A stretch of DNA of 64,000 bases, taken from NCBI GenBank assembly GCA_012295275.1, contig CM022666.1, forward strand, positions 7,378,001 to 7,442,000. The letters are read 5' to 3'. Below the pieces are notes generated by a model. It ran no database searches. It worked only from the letters and a program-made list of their open reading frames with translations, and was not told the origin of the DNA. The position numbers were made by a program, and so were the translations under genes. This document shows, one piece after another, positions 26,474-37,574 of the stretch. This DNA comes from Chrysomallon squamiferum (taxonomy: Eukaryota; Animalia; Mollusca). Position 1 is the stretch's first letter. Each line of letters opens with the position of its first letter.

Positions 26474-29035
26474 AATAATAATACTAGTAAGAATAATAAT
26501 AATAACAATAACATCAAGCATAATAACACCACAGTAACAATAAAAAGATAATATCAACAACTGTAATAACAATGTCAGCTTAAAATATATAAAAACAAGC
26601 AAATAAAAAAAAAAAAAAAGACATGAACAACAAACTTACTGATAATAACTGTAACTGTAAATAAACTGTTATAAAGAAAACCTACTGATAATAACTGTAA
26701 CTGTAAATAGACTGTTATAAAGAAAACGTACTGATAATAACTGTAACTGTAAATAAACTGTTACAAAGAAAACTTACTGACAATAACTGTAACTGTAAAT
26801 AAACTGTTATAAAGAAAACGTACTGATAATAACTGTAACTGCAAATAAACTGTTACAAAGAAAACTTACTGATAATAACTGTAACTGCAAATAAACTGTT
26901 ATAAAGAAAACTTACTTCTTGTGGGCTAATTTTACCACGGCTGGTTTTGAAACAAGGATGCTGGAGGCCCACAGTGGGTTGCTCTGAGGAGAAATAAGAA
27001 ATATTCATCAATATCACGTGGGTGCGTACAGGCAAATTCGTGTGCGTGTGTTGCGTGTAACTATCTCTTTCCTGTGCATGTTACTTTCTCTTTCGTGTTC
27101 ACGGCTGTTACATAAGTCAGCCTTTAAAGTTATCAAACTTATCAAACCAGAAAGTCAGTTATTCAAATCCATAATTTTAAGATTAACAGACGTTGACACT
27201 GGGCCGCTATATTCAAAAACTAAAACTCGCTGGAAATCAAATTTTTAAAAAGCCGATGATGACCGATGATAGCCGTTCATTTCCGACCATTCTCCGTCAG
27301 CGGGTCGATCACGTGTCTTTGACGGGTGCTCACCCTACGTTACCAGGGTCTTTTTTTTTTTTAAGAGATCGATGTCGATCCTTAAGGACTGATCAGTCAT
27401 TTCAGAAGGTCCAACATGGTTAAAATAACGAGATAATTAACTGTTTACTGTTAAAACAAGGCGACTGGTAAGAGTTGTGTCTGGTCGGTATTGATCCTAA
27501 AACCGCTCGTTCTTTGCAGTACTTCCTAGCATCAAGTTGTAATTCATTAACTCTACGGGGTAGTAGGCGAGGTGTTATTAACAGCGGCTCTATAGCTCAG
27601 TTGGTTAGAGCGTCTGCCTAGTAAGCAGAAGGTCGAGTGTTCGAATCCCTCTGGAGCCTTTCATTGCTTGTTCATTTTTATTTATTTATTATAACTAAAT
27701 ATACATTTTACAAAAATTAGTCATGGTTAAAAATACATTAATGGACGTATTATTGAGATATAATTACTAAATATAGCAATTTAATCTGCTATAAAATTTC
27801 ATTTATTTTTTAAGTTAACTTATTCATTCACTCAGTCATTCTTTCACTTCTTTAGTCAGCCTCTAGTTAATTCATGAATTCCTCCATTAATTCACTCAAT
27901 CATTTACTCAGTTATATCCATTACATCATTTACTCAGTTATATCCATTACACCATTTACTCATTTATATCCATTACATCATTTACTCATTTATATCCATT
28001 ACATCATTTACTCAGTTATATACCTTATATCATTTACTCAGTTATATCCATTATATCATTTACTCAGTTATATCCATTACATCATTTACTCAGTTATATC
28101 CATTATACCATTTACTAAGTTATATCCATTATATCATTTACTCACTTAATCATTATATAATTCCCTCAAGTATTCAGTACATCATTTACTCAGTTATTCA
28201 GTACATCATTTATTCAGTTATTCAGTACATCATTTACTCATTTATTCAGTACATCATTTACTCATTTATTCAGTACATCATTTACTCAGTTATTCAGTAC
28301 ACCATTTACTCAGTTATGCAGTACATCGTAAACTCAGTTAGTCAGCACATCATTAACTCAGTTATTCAGTACATCATTAACTCAGTTATTCAGTACATCA
28401 TTTACTCATCCATTCAGTACACCATTTAGTCAGTTATTCAGTACATCATTTACACATTTATTCAGTACATCATTTACTCATTTATTCAGTACATCATTTA
28501 CTCAGTTATTCAGTACACCATTTACTCAGTTATGCAGTACATCGTCTACTCAGTTAGTCAGCACATCATTAACTCAGTTATTCAGTACATCATTTACTCA
28601 GTTATTCAGTACATCATTTACTCATTTATTCAGTACATCATTTACTCATTTATTCAGTACATCATTTACTCATTTATTCAGTACATCATTTACTCAATTA
28701 TTCAGTACACCATTTACTCAGTTATTCAGTACATCATTTACTCAATTATTCAGTACATCATTTACTCATTTATTCAGTACATCGTCTACTCATTTATTCA
28801 GTACATCATTTACTCAATTACTCAGTATATCTTTTACTTCTTCACTCATATGCCAGCTATTCATTCATTAATTCTGGCATTCAGCCATTCTCTCGATCAG
28901 CAGTCCTACTCATTCATTCATTCATTCATTCATTCATTCATTCACGTTACGTAGACTTACATCGATGCCTTTCTGACCGAGTCGGCTGAGTTCAGTTCCA
29001 GTCCCCCCATCCAGCACAACGAATGACTCCCCCAT
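22155..29035 (-). CDS. Homocysteine S-methyltransferase (MmuM/HMT family, Zn-dependent), 7 coding exons: 29035-28961, 26983-26916, 26258-26083, 24695-24598, 24349-24188, 23838-23642, 22302-22155
   Basis: All junctions are GT-AG and phase-compatible. Motifs: 'VVLDGGTGTEL', 'PLWAS', 'FLKAGAEIIVSCSYQAS', 'VAGSVGPYGACLHDGSEYTGNY', 'DMLAIETMP', 'VGINC', 'KPNSGE', 'WVGGCCRVYPKDI'. The three Zn-binding Cys are present. Confidence 0.95.
24700..25190. repeat. (AAT/AGT/AAC)n compound microsatellite in HMT intron
   Basis: Direct inspection. Confidence 0.95.
26633..26915. repeat. 46-bp minisatellite, 6 units, abutting the HMT exon-2 donor
   Basis: Unit aaaacttactgataataactgtaactgtaaataaactgttataaag. 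The c(t/c/g)tact core falls at 26635, 26681, 26727, 26773, 26819, 26865 and 26911. Confidence 0.95.
27150..27660 (+). repeat. ~500-bp dispersed duplication (copy A) carrying a tRNA-Thr gene; copy B at ~46868-47427
   Basis: Both copies share 'tattcaaatccataattttaaga', 'aaaactaaaactcgctggaaatcaaatt', 'gccgatgatgaccgatgatagccgttcatttccgaccattctccgtcagcgggtcgatcacgtgtctttga' and 'catggttaaaataacgag...ggtgttattaacagc' followed by the tRNA. Confidence 0.9.
27586..27659 (+). tRNA. tRNA-Thr(AGT), in HMT intron 1
   Basis: GGCTCTA TA GCTC AGTTGGTTA GAGC G TCTGC CT-AGT-AA GCAGA AGGTC GAGTG TTCGAAT CCCTC TGGAGCC T folds as a cloverleaf with discriminator U. Confidence 0.88.
27895..28835. repeat. 24-26-bp minisatellite (catttactcagttattcagtacat), >35 units
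   Basis: A 26-bp variant (catttactcagttatatccattacat) at ~27900-28150 switches to a 24-bp variant downstream. Confidence 0.95.
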
Positions 29036-29347
29036 CCCGTCACTTGTGTCTGTCGCAGCAAAAAATGCAGCTACAACAACAGCATCAGCAGTAATAATAA
29101 TAACAGTAGTAGTAGTAGTAGCAATAACATTAATAATAATAACAGTAATAATAGTAGTAGTAGTAGCAGTAATAATAATAGTAATAATAATAATAATATA
29201 CCAATAATTAAAAAATAAAAATAATGATAATATAAAAAAAAAAAAAAAACTAGATCCACTATTAAAATGTAAATTTATTTTACTGTTAATTTAACATAAT
29301 ACTGTGTTTTGATGTGACACTGCATAATTCCAATACCAATTTGTGCT

Positions 29348-29421
29348 GGCTCTATAGCTCAGTTGGTTAGAGCGTCTGCCTAGTAAGCAGAAGGTCGAGT
29401 GTTCGAATCCCTCTGGAGCCT
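29348..29421 (+). tRNA. tRNA-Thr(AGT)
   Basis: Identical to the 27586 copy, with different flanks and a T-run downstream. Confidence 0.88.
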
Positions 29422-29801
29422 TATACTTACTTTTTACATAATTCATATTATATTTAATTTTTACATAAAATAATGTAAAAAAAAAAAATAAAAAGTAATA
29501 ATTTAATGTAAATGAATTTAGTTTAAAAAAACGTAACATTCTGCATAAGTTCTGCATAAGACAATAAAACTGTTAATATTAAATATTAAGTCGTTTAATT
29601 TAATAAATTATAATTTATTTTACTTATTCAGAGTATCAGTGGATTGAATGTTTAATTTTGATTTTATAAATTAATGTTGATATTAAGAAAAAAAAAATCC
29701 GAAAATATAGTTGTTGTTTATATTTGTAATATATTTCTATAACGAAACTAATTATTTGTGTTATTATTCTTTTCTTTAGTTTTAGTGCCATTCTTAATAA
29801 C

Positions 29802-29875
29802 GGCTCTATAGCTCAGTTGGTTAGAGCGTCTGCCTAGTAAGCAGAAGGTCAAGTGTTCGAATCACTCTGGAGCCT
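29802..29875 (+). tRNA. tRNA-Thr(AGT), T-arm variant (AAGTG/CACTC)
   Basis: Same body with two T-stem substitutions. Confidence 0.8.
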
Positions 29876-30019
29876 TTCATTATTATTGTATTATTAATTG
29901 AAGATGAAAACATCATTAGAAAGGTGTTTGTTTTTTAAGTTAAATGTTAATAATTTAAGCAATTTCAGTTAATAAATTACTTTCACATTAATCATTTTTT
30001 TTCTATAAATAGAGTGGAC

Positions 30020-30077
30020 ACGGGTTAATAGCTAGGTTTGTTAGCAGGAGGTCGATAGTTCGAATCCCTCTGGAGCC

Positions 30078-30078
<1 letters not shown>
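30020..30078 (+). pseudogene. Decayed tRNA-Thr copy (3' half recognisable)
   Basis: 'agcaggaggtcgatagttcgaatccctctggagcct' matches the 3' half; the 5' half is diverged. Confidence 0.65.
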
Positions 30079-30152
<74 letters not shown>

Positions 30153-30212
30153 TAAACACTGTGTTACATCAGAAAAAAAGGTGAAAAGAGAAATAAATAA
30201 TTATGTTCTAAA

Positions 30213-30246
<34 letters not shown>

Positions 30247-30464
30247 TTTGTTAAATAAATTATTTAGACTTTCAAGCAGTAACAAAACAAAAAAATCATG
30301 TTAAAATCTAATAATTCAGAAATTTTGTTTAAAAAAAAAATCTGTAAACAAATAAGTCAATATTGTTTATAAATAAATAAATAAAATAATAAATAAATAA
30401 ATAAAAAAATAAAATAAAAAAAATAAATAAAATAAAATAAAATAAAATAAAATAAATAATAATC

Positions 30465-30507
<43 letters not shown>

Positions 30508-30889
30508 TATTATTATTATTATTATTATTATAATAATAATTATAATTATAATAATAATATAAATTAATTAAATAATAAATAAAAATAAATTTTAAATAAA
30601 AATAAAATATAATAATTAAAAAAATAATCGTAATAATGAACGAATCAATGTTTAATAATATCTCTCTATGAAGAAGAAGAAGAAGAAGAAGAAGAAGAAG
30701 AAGAAAAAAAAAAAAAATAATAATAACAACACTAATAACAACAATAATAACAAAATAAGAAGAAATAAAAGAAATAAAGAAGAAAGAAAGAAAGAAAGAA
30801 GAAACAGACAAACCAAAAACCAAACGGGATTGGTATAGCCATAATGTCAAATATATTTGTTTTATAAATGATGTCATAGCAGTGATGAT

Positions 30890-31230
30890 GTGTGACGTAA
30901 TAACTGAAAATTCAAACATAAATTGTCGTTCCGGGAATTGCCATAGCAATTGTCATGACTTTCTCTCAAAATACAATTGCAGACATATCGAATTAACTGA
31001 GGGATGTAAATAAAACATATTTTTTCACGTCATAAAACTCATAATACGCATAAGGTATGTTTATATTTTACGAAATACTGCGTTTGAAACCCAAATAAAG
31101 TTCCGACTTCTGCCAAACGCGCCATCTTTTCGACCTAAAAAGTACCGCTAAGGGACATGGGACATATTTATCGAAAAACAATCGAGACTCGGAAAAGTCC
31201 GTACGTCGTAGGTGCCCGATAAAGACCACT
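30890..31230. promoter_or_regulatory. Candidate shared promoter region between the divergent HMT and IL-1-like genes
   Basis: CpG-enriched island with kappaB-like GGGAATTGCC (30933-30942), tgacgtaa (~30893), YY1-like GCGCCATCTT (~31119) and a plus-strand donor aag|gtatgt (~31054). Confidence 0.4.
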
Positions 31231-31252
31231 GTATATATAAATAAAAAAAGAA

Positions 31253-31320
<68 letters not shown>

Positions 31321-31420
31321 TTTCTCATTAAATTAAGTTTGTTTTCATTTGTTGTTGTTGTTGTGGTGGTGGTTGTTATTATTATTATTATACTAGTATT
31401 TTTGTATTATTATTGACATC

Positions 31421-31452
<32 letters not shown>

Positions 31453-31758
31453 TTTGCTTGCTTGCTTCCTTAAAATTTATCGTTCGATTCGCAGAAAAGA
31501 AATAAATAATCGATAAATACCGATTTTAATCTGATCAAGGTTCAGGGGGGGAAAAGGATAACTATTTAACGACTGAAAAAAATGTTTAACATTTTCTTAT
31601 TGTCTGGAAGGGTCAAAAGATTATTAAATGTAAAGTTAGTTATCTACAGCATACCAGATTATTTTTAATTTATTTAAAACAATATTTTAAAATCATTTTA
31701 ATACATCGATTTTGAAAAATATAGATTAAAAATATATTTAAACAAAGTCAAATATAGG

Positions 31759-31832
31759 AGGCTCCAGGGGGATTCGAACCCTCGACCTTCTGCTTACTAG
31801 GCAGACGCTCTAACCAACTGAGCTATAGAGCC
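31759..31832 (-). tRNA. tRNA-Thr(AGT), T-arm variant (GAGGG/CCCCC)
   Basis: The reverse complement gives the same 74-nt body with two T-stem differences. Confidence 0.85.
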
Positions 31833-32523
31833 AACAACGAAATTCGACTTGGAAAATAGTGTACAGTTACCTTTTGTGCCTTTATGAATCTACAATGCAC
31901 ATGAATAAATGTAAAATTGACAATTTATTACGTATGTATATAGATAATGTAGTAAATATTTAATTTAATGGTTATTTGAATGTTAAGTGTTAATTTTGAC
32001 TAACGTACTTACATTCAATATTGTTACGACTGTAATAGAGCCAGTTGATTTCCAGGTCGGGGACCAGATCGAATATATTTTATATTTCTCTATGCAGTAT
32101 AGCGTGGCAAGTCGGAATCCCGAAATTTCTGTTTTATATTTTTCTGGATGCAGATGACTTTCTAAGCGACGTATCACACTGAATGCCGGAGAGATAAAAT
32201 GCAAATGAATGAAACGGGACATAAATTTGGTATTTATTATAGATATTCTAGAATACTGGAGTTACTTCCCATGGCTTTTTTTTTTTTTTTTTTTTTTTTA
32301 TTTATTTATTTATTTAGTATTATTATTTTTTTTTAAGTTAACTATCGTAACTCATTGGTTGATTCGAGGTAACATCCCAGTGCGTATGGATATCAACCGT
32401 AGTAGAAGTACATATATTAAATAATTTTAAAAATGTATAATAGTAGAAGCAATAATTAAAAAAACAAGTTCAAGAATAATGATAATAATGATACCGACGA
32501 TGGAAATGGTGAGGATAATCAAA

Positions 32524-32554
<31 letters not shown>

Positions 32555-32732
32555 ATACATTTAAAAAAAAAAAAGAAAGAAAGAAAAAACAAAGAATCTT
32601 TTTTTTTTCCAATTTGCGGTTAAACAGAATAATTGCGAAAGAATATTTATTCATATTATGTCATCTTAAAATAGAACATACGAAATTTCCCCACACACAC
32701 ACACACACACCGGCAGGACGTTTTTCATTTAC

Positions 32733-32795
<63 letters not shown>

Positions 32796-33053
32796 GTATT
32801 TTGTTGCTGTTATATTTTCGCTTTGCTGTTAATATCGTTATTATTAACATTATTATTAATCGTTTCATTAATTGTTTAATTTTGTTATTGTTATTAATAT
32901 TATTATTATTATCATTATTATTATCATCATCATCATCATCATCACCATTATTATAATTATTATTATCATTATTATTGTTGTTGTTGTTATTATTATTGTT
33001 ATCATTATCATTATTAGTATTAGTATTAACAGAAAGTTATATTCATCATACAG

Positions 33054-33228
33054 ATTATGCCCTCCGTTCTTTGTCCCAGATACAAGGCTACGTCCTCTTC
33101 CATTTCAGGTGATTACGGCACGTAAGTAAAATTAGTTTATTTAACCATCACTATATTTATTGTTATTGTTAATTAGAAACTAAAGCACAACGTATTTGAA
33201 GTAATTTCTATATATAACTCACATGACG

Positions 33229-33304
<76 letters not shown>

Positions 33305-34949
33305 CGTCATATGCTGAATTTATTGTTCTTTGTTTGATTATGGGTTATTGTTTTTTTGTTGTTTTTTTCTTTTTAAATCAGCATGATGACGTATTTCTTT
33401 TTAAAAGTATTACACAGGGAAATTCCGTTCTATTAATAAACTCGGCCGCGATTGGATAAGATTGCATCATTTGAACAAGCTGCGCATTTCCGCACGAATA
33501 TATATAATACACCTGGATATAAACGAACCTAATCGAAATCTTCGCAAATCAGTTATTGGTTTAAATCGTCGCAGATCAGTTAATTGACAAGCGAACATGG
33601 CGACAGAACAACGTACGGTATTTTATTTCATTTAATTCTGTGTATGTGTATATATATGTGTGTGTGTGAGTATGCCTCTGCATGGGTGTTTAAGTACATC
33701 CCGCGTAGGGGTATATGTATCTTTTTCTGTGTGCGTTCGTATAAATTGTGCATGTGTGTGTGTGTGTGTGAATGTATATGTACATGTATATACGTACGTA
33801 CGTATTTACACACGTATGTATTTTTTGTTTATGCAGATAAGTACGTAGTATTATTGTTGTTGCTGTTGTTATTGGCTGCAGTAGTAGTAGTAGTAGTAGT
33901 AGTATTTTAACTCAGAAGAAATAGCAACATTTTAAAAACAAAATATTTCTATTTTGTCTTTTACTACCACTACTGTGAAAATTAGAAGGCATGTTTTTAG
34001 AAATACAATTTATTTATTTAAAAATTATCATCATCTCCACATTATTATTATTTATTGTTACTGGAAACTAAATTTTAAAATTAGTTTTCAGTACTTTAAT
34101 TTTCTTCCATAATTTAAACTCTTCCATAATTTTCAACATTATTTATTTATTTTTTTTGTTGTTTATTTATGGTGGTGGGGGGGTTTTTTGGTGTGTTTTT
34201 GGGGGGGTGGGGGGGTAGTTTTAATATTATTAACAAAATGTTTAACTAAAAATCTTTGTTCAGTTTCAGAAGGCTCCGCTGTTATTGTTTTCCCGGATTC
34301 GATCAAATCTGAGGACATTTTGTTGTCGACTGATAATAATCAACATCTGTCAGTTGAAACCACATCACGCCACCCTGGTTTAATATTAGTGAGAAATACT
34401 AACAACCTGAATCAAGGTAAATAAACAAATAAACAAATAAACATTTCATTATTTTGTATCATCCGCTTTTTATAACTGTGTATGTTAATATATATGTTGC
34501 ATATATGAGTGTATGTCTGTATATATATACATATATCACACTATACACGCACACATACACATACAGACATACATGCACATGTATACATACATACACACAC
34601 ATACATACATACATATATACACACAAACATACAAATATACATATCTTTCTAAATCAACTATTTAATCAAAGCAAACTGAGTATTTTAGCAATAATATACT
34701 AAAATAGTAATTACAAAATATGGAATTAAAATAACTGATGAACTCTTAATTTTTTTCTAGAGACGTTCAGTCTGACAACAATGAGAGTTTGCGTCAGAGA
34801 AGAAACTTCTGAAGTGTTACACTACTTGGTTTTTATAAAGAAAAAGATTAATGACGTCACGTATTACGTCACTGCGGAAAAGGACAGCCAAACCATCAAG
34901 CTTCAGGTAAAAACTTTATTTATTTCTTCGGAGACTATTATCGTTGTGG

Positions 34950-34980
<31 letters not shown>

Positions 34981-35301
34981 CTTATATATTATAATTATTT
35001 ACTTACTTATTTTGTTGGACGTGTTATAATAGTAAATAAGAAAATTAATTTTCAGTATACATATATGATTTGGTAACTGTTGCCATACTATTTTTATTAG
35101 AAAAGACTGCTCGCCGATAACAATAAAAACAATATTATATAAAAGTACAGAATATGCTGAAAAGAATTTAATAAATGCAGAAAGAAAAAAGAAGATTATT
35201 TCTTCTCGTTTATTTTATAATTGTATTTTTTTTTTTTATTATTTTTTGTTTTTTATTATTTTTTTTTTTAATGTATTTTTTATTAGTATTATTATTATTA
35301 T

Positions 35302-35339
<38 letters not shown>

Positions 35340-35612
35340 TTGTTGTTGTTTTTCAGCAATTTCAGGAATCACCCGACCCCAAGCGTCCAGATGGAAGATT
35401 GTTCATTGTTGAGCCAAAAAATAAATTTTGTCTTTTTGAATCTTGGAGTCGCAAAGGTTCTGTTTTAATACACTTGTATTTCTTGTAGCAAGTCGAACTG
35501 ATGGTGGCAGTTACTTTATTAGGAGTAGCTGTAGTAGTTGTCTGCAGTAGTGGTAGTGGTAGTGGTAGCTGAAGTAGTTATTAGTACTATTTATTATTAA
35601 TTTGAAACAAAA

Positions 35613-35669
<57 letters not shown>

Positions 35670-35719
35670 GTGTTGTTGTTGTTGCTGTTATTATTATTAT
35701 TATTATTCTTGTGTTGTTG

Positions 35720-35773
<54 letters not shown>

Positions 35774-35845
35774 TTGTGTTGTTGTTGTTGTTGTTGTTGT
35801 TATTATTATTATTATTATTCTTTATTCTTGTATTGTTGTTGTTGC

Positions 35846-35900
<55 letters not shown>

Positions 35901-36080
35901 TCAGGATGGTGCATAAAAAGTAATGGGAAAACGGTTCTTCTCGACAAACGTTCAGAAGACAAATCGTTCCTTTTTGAATTTCTTCAGATCGGCGAGGATA
36001 CCCAACCTGACGGTGCGGGACAATTCATCGTTCCGGTTCAGTTGTCACATTTTCGACCAATCAGAGTAGCAGAGAAATAA
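33054..36080 (+). CDS. IL-1/IL-18-family-like beta-trefoil protein; exons 33054(or 33033)-33121, 34264-34416, 34761-34906, 35357-35456, 35905-36080; 5' exon(s) unresolved
   Basis: Phase-compatible GT-AG splicing (phases 1,1,0,1) gives ...LCPPFFVPDTRLRPLPFQVITALSEGSAVIVFPDSIKSEDILLSTDNNQHLSVETTSRHPGLILVRNTNNLNQETFSLTTMRVCVREETSEVLHYLVFIKKKINDVTYYVTAEKDSQTIKLQQFQESPDPKRPDGRLFIVEPKNKFCLFESWSRKGWCIKSNGKTVLLDKRSEDKSFLFEFLQIGEDTQPDGAGQFIVPVQLSHFRPIRVAEK*. It contains an IL-1-signature-like F-E-S-x4-G-W-x-I. The gene model is well supported; the family call is by eye. Confidence 0.7.
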
Positions 36081-36765
36081 ACATGTTGAGCTCAAGAAGT
36101 ACTGAGTCTTAGACCGACGGAAACTTTATTCTTGCAACAGTTTGCCTGTTAGAGAGTATACGGTGATAACTGTTTTGAAGAAATAAATTAAAATAATAAT
36201 AATAAGAAGAAGAATAATTATACGAAGCAAGAAACGACTTGTAATAAATCTCTGATACGTATTTATATAATAGACTAATAGACGTCATGCGCTCGATTCA
36301 TATATGGAATTTATTTCACATACGTTTTAGTTTCTAGATAACAATAACAATAAATATAGTGATGATTAAATACACTATTTTTACTTACATGCAGTAATCA
36401 CCTGAATAGGCCTCGTATATGTGGCAAAGAACGGAAAGGAGGAAATGATGAATATTATTTCCTGTTGATATTTATGGGTGTGTATTTTGGTGTATGGGTA
36501 ATGTTGTGTAATGAACAATGACAAAATTATTTCAGTGAAATAAAACATGTCTTAATTTGCGTTGTTCTGTTTTCTTCATTTTCTTATTAACACTTCTCAT
36601 TGTTTTTACAAAACGTTGATACTGAATCAGCTATACAGAATCTATACTGAACTAAGGGTTGTGTATTCAGTTGAATACATGTTGTAACAAGAACGATTTT
36701 ATGTTGTTATTTCTGTTACAGTTCTTGTTTAGAAACGTTACTGATGATGAAAATAAAACTGATAT

Positions 36766-36846
36766 GTATCTCAGTGGTTCAGCAAGTTAGAGCTCCCCAT
36801 CTGTCTACTAAGCATAAGTTCGAGAGTTCTAATCTCTCTGACACCT
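36766..36846 (+). pseudogene. Decayed tRNA-Thr copy in tandem unit 1 (also ~38255-38335 and ~39947-40027)
   Basis: 'tctgtctactaagcataagttcgagagttctaatctctctgacacct' aligns with the tRNA segment 'tctgcctagtaagcagaaggtcgagtgttcgaatccctctggagcct'; upstream 'tatctcagtggtt...gttagagc' matches the D arm. Confidence 0.6.
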
Positions 36847-36854
36847 TCATGTTT

Positions 36855-36896
<42 letters not shown>

Positions 36897-36937
36897 TTTT
36901 TTTTTTTTTTTTGGTTGTTGTTGTTGTTGTTTTTCAG

Positions 36938-37250
36938 CAATTTCAGGAATCACCCGACCCCAAACGTCCAGATGGAAGATTGTTCATTGTTGAGCCAAAA
37001 AATAAATTTTGTCTTTTTGAATCTTGGAGTCGCAAAGGTTCTGTTTTAATACAGTTGTATTACTAGTAGCAAGTCGAACTGATGTGACAGTTACTTTATT
37101 AGGAGTAGCTGTAGTAGTTGTCTGCAGTAGTGGTAGTGGTAGTGGTAGCTGAAGTAGTTATTAGTACTATTTATTATTAATTTGAAACAAAAATTATCAT
37201 TATTATTATTATTATTATTATTATTCTTGTGTTGTTGTTGTTGTTGTTGC

Positions 37251-37300
<50 letters not shown>

Positions 37301-37326
37301 TTGTGTTGTTGTTGTTGTTGTTGCTG

Positions 37327-37394
<68 letters not shown>

Positions 37395-37574
37395 TCAGGA
37401 TGGTGCATAAAAAGTAATGGGAAAACGGTTCTTCTCGACAAACGTTCAGAAGACAAATCGTTCCTTTTTGACTTTCTTCAGATCGGCGAGGAAACCCAAG
37501 CTGACGGTGCGGAACAATTCATCGTTCCGGTTCAGTTGTCACATTTTCGACCAATCAGAGTAGCAGAGAAGTAA
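36938..37574 (+). CDS. Duplicated terminal exon pair, copy 2, of the IL-1-like gene (36938-37037, 37399-37574)
   Basis: Intact splice sites and open frame; ends ...FDFLQIGEETQADGAEQFIVPVQLSHFRPIRVAEK*. Confidence 0.55.

Noticed and set aside
27250-27395. C/D-box snoRNA suggested by ATGATGA
   Set aside because: The downstream CTGA is not conserved in the duplicate at ~47 kb, and no terminal stem or rRNA complement was recognised.
27586-27659. Amber-suppressor reading of the tRNA because of 'CTAG' in the loop
   Set aside because: The stem TCTGC/GCAGA encloses the 7-nt loop CT-AGT-AA, so the anticodon is AGT (Thr), not CTA.
27895-28835. Regular short repeats as a CRISPR array (also 26633-26915)
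   Set aside because: Units are head-to-tail with no unique spacers, there are no cas genes, and the context is a eukaryotic intron.
32140-32400. Candidate N-terminal exons of the IL-1-like gene (~32168-32229, 32338-32368)
   Set aside because: Phase-compatible but short, with weak splice signals and no recognisable motif; left out of the model.
36090-36545. AU-rich instability elements in the IL-1-like 3'UTR
   Set aside because: Only scattered ATTTA, not above expectation for such AT-rich DNA.
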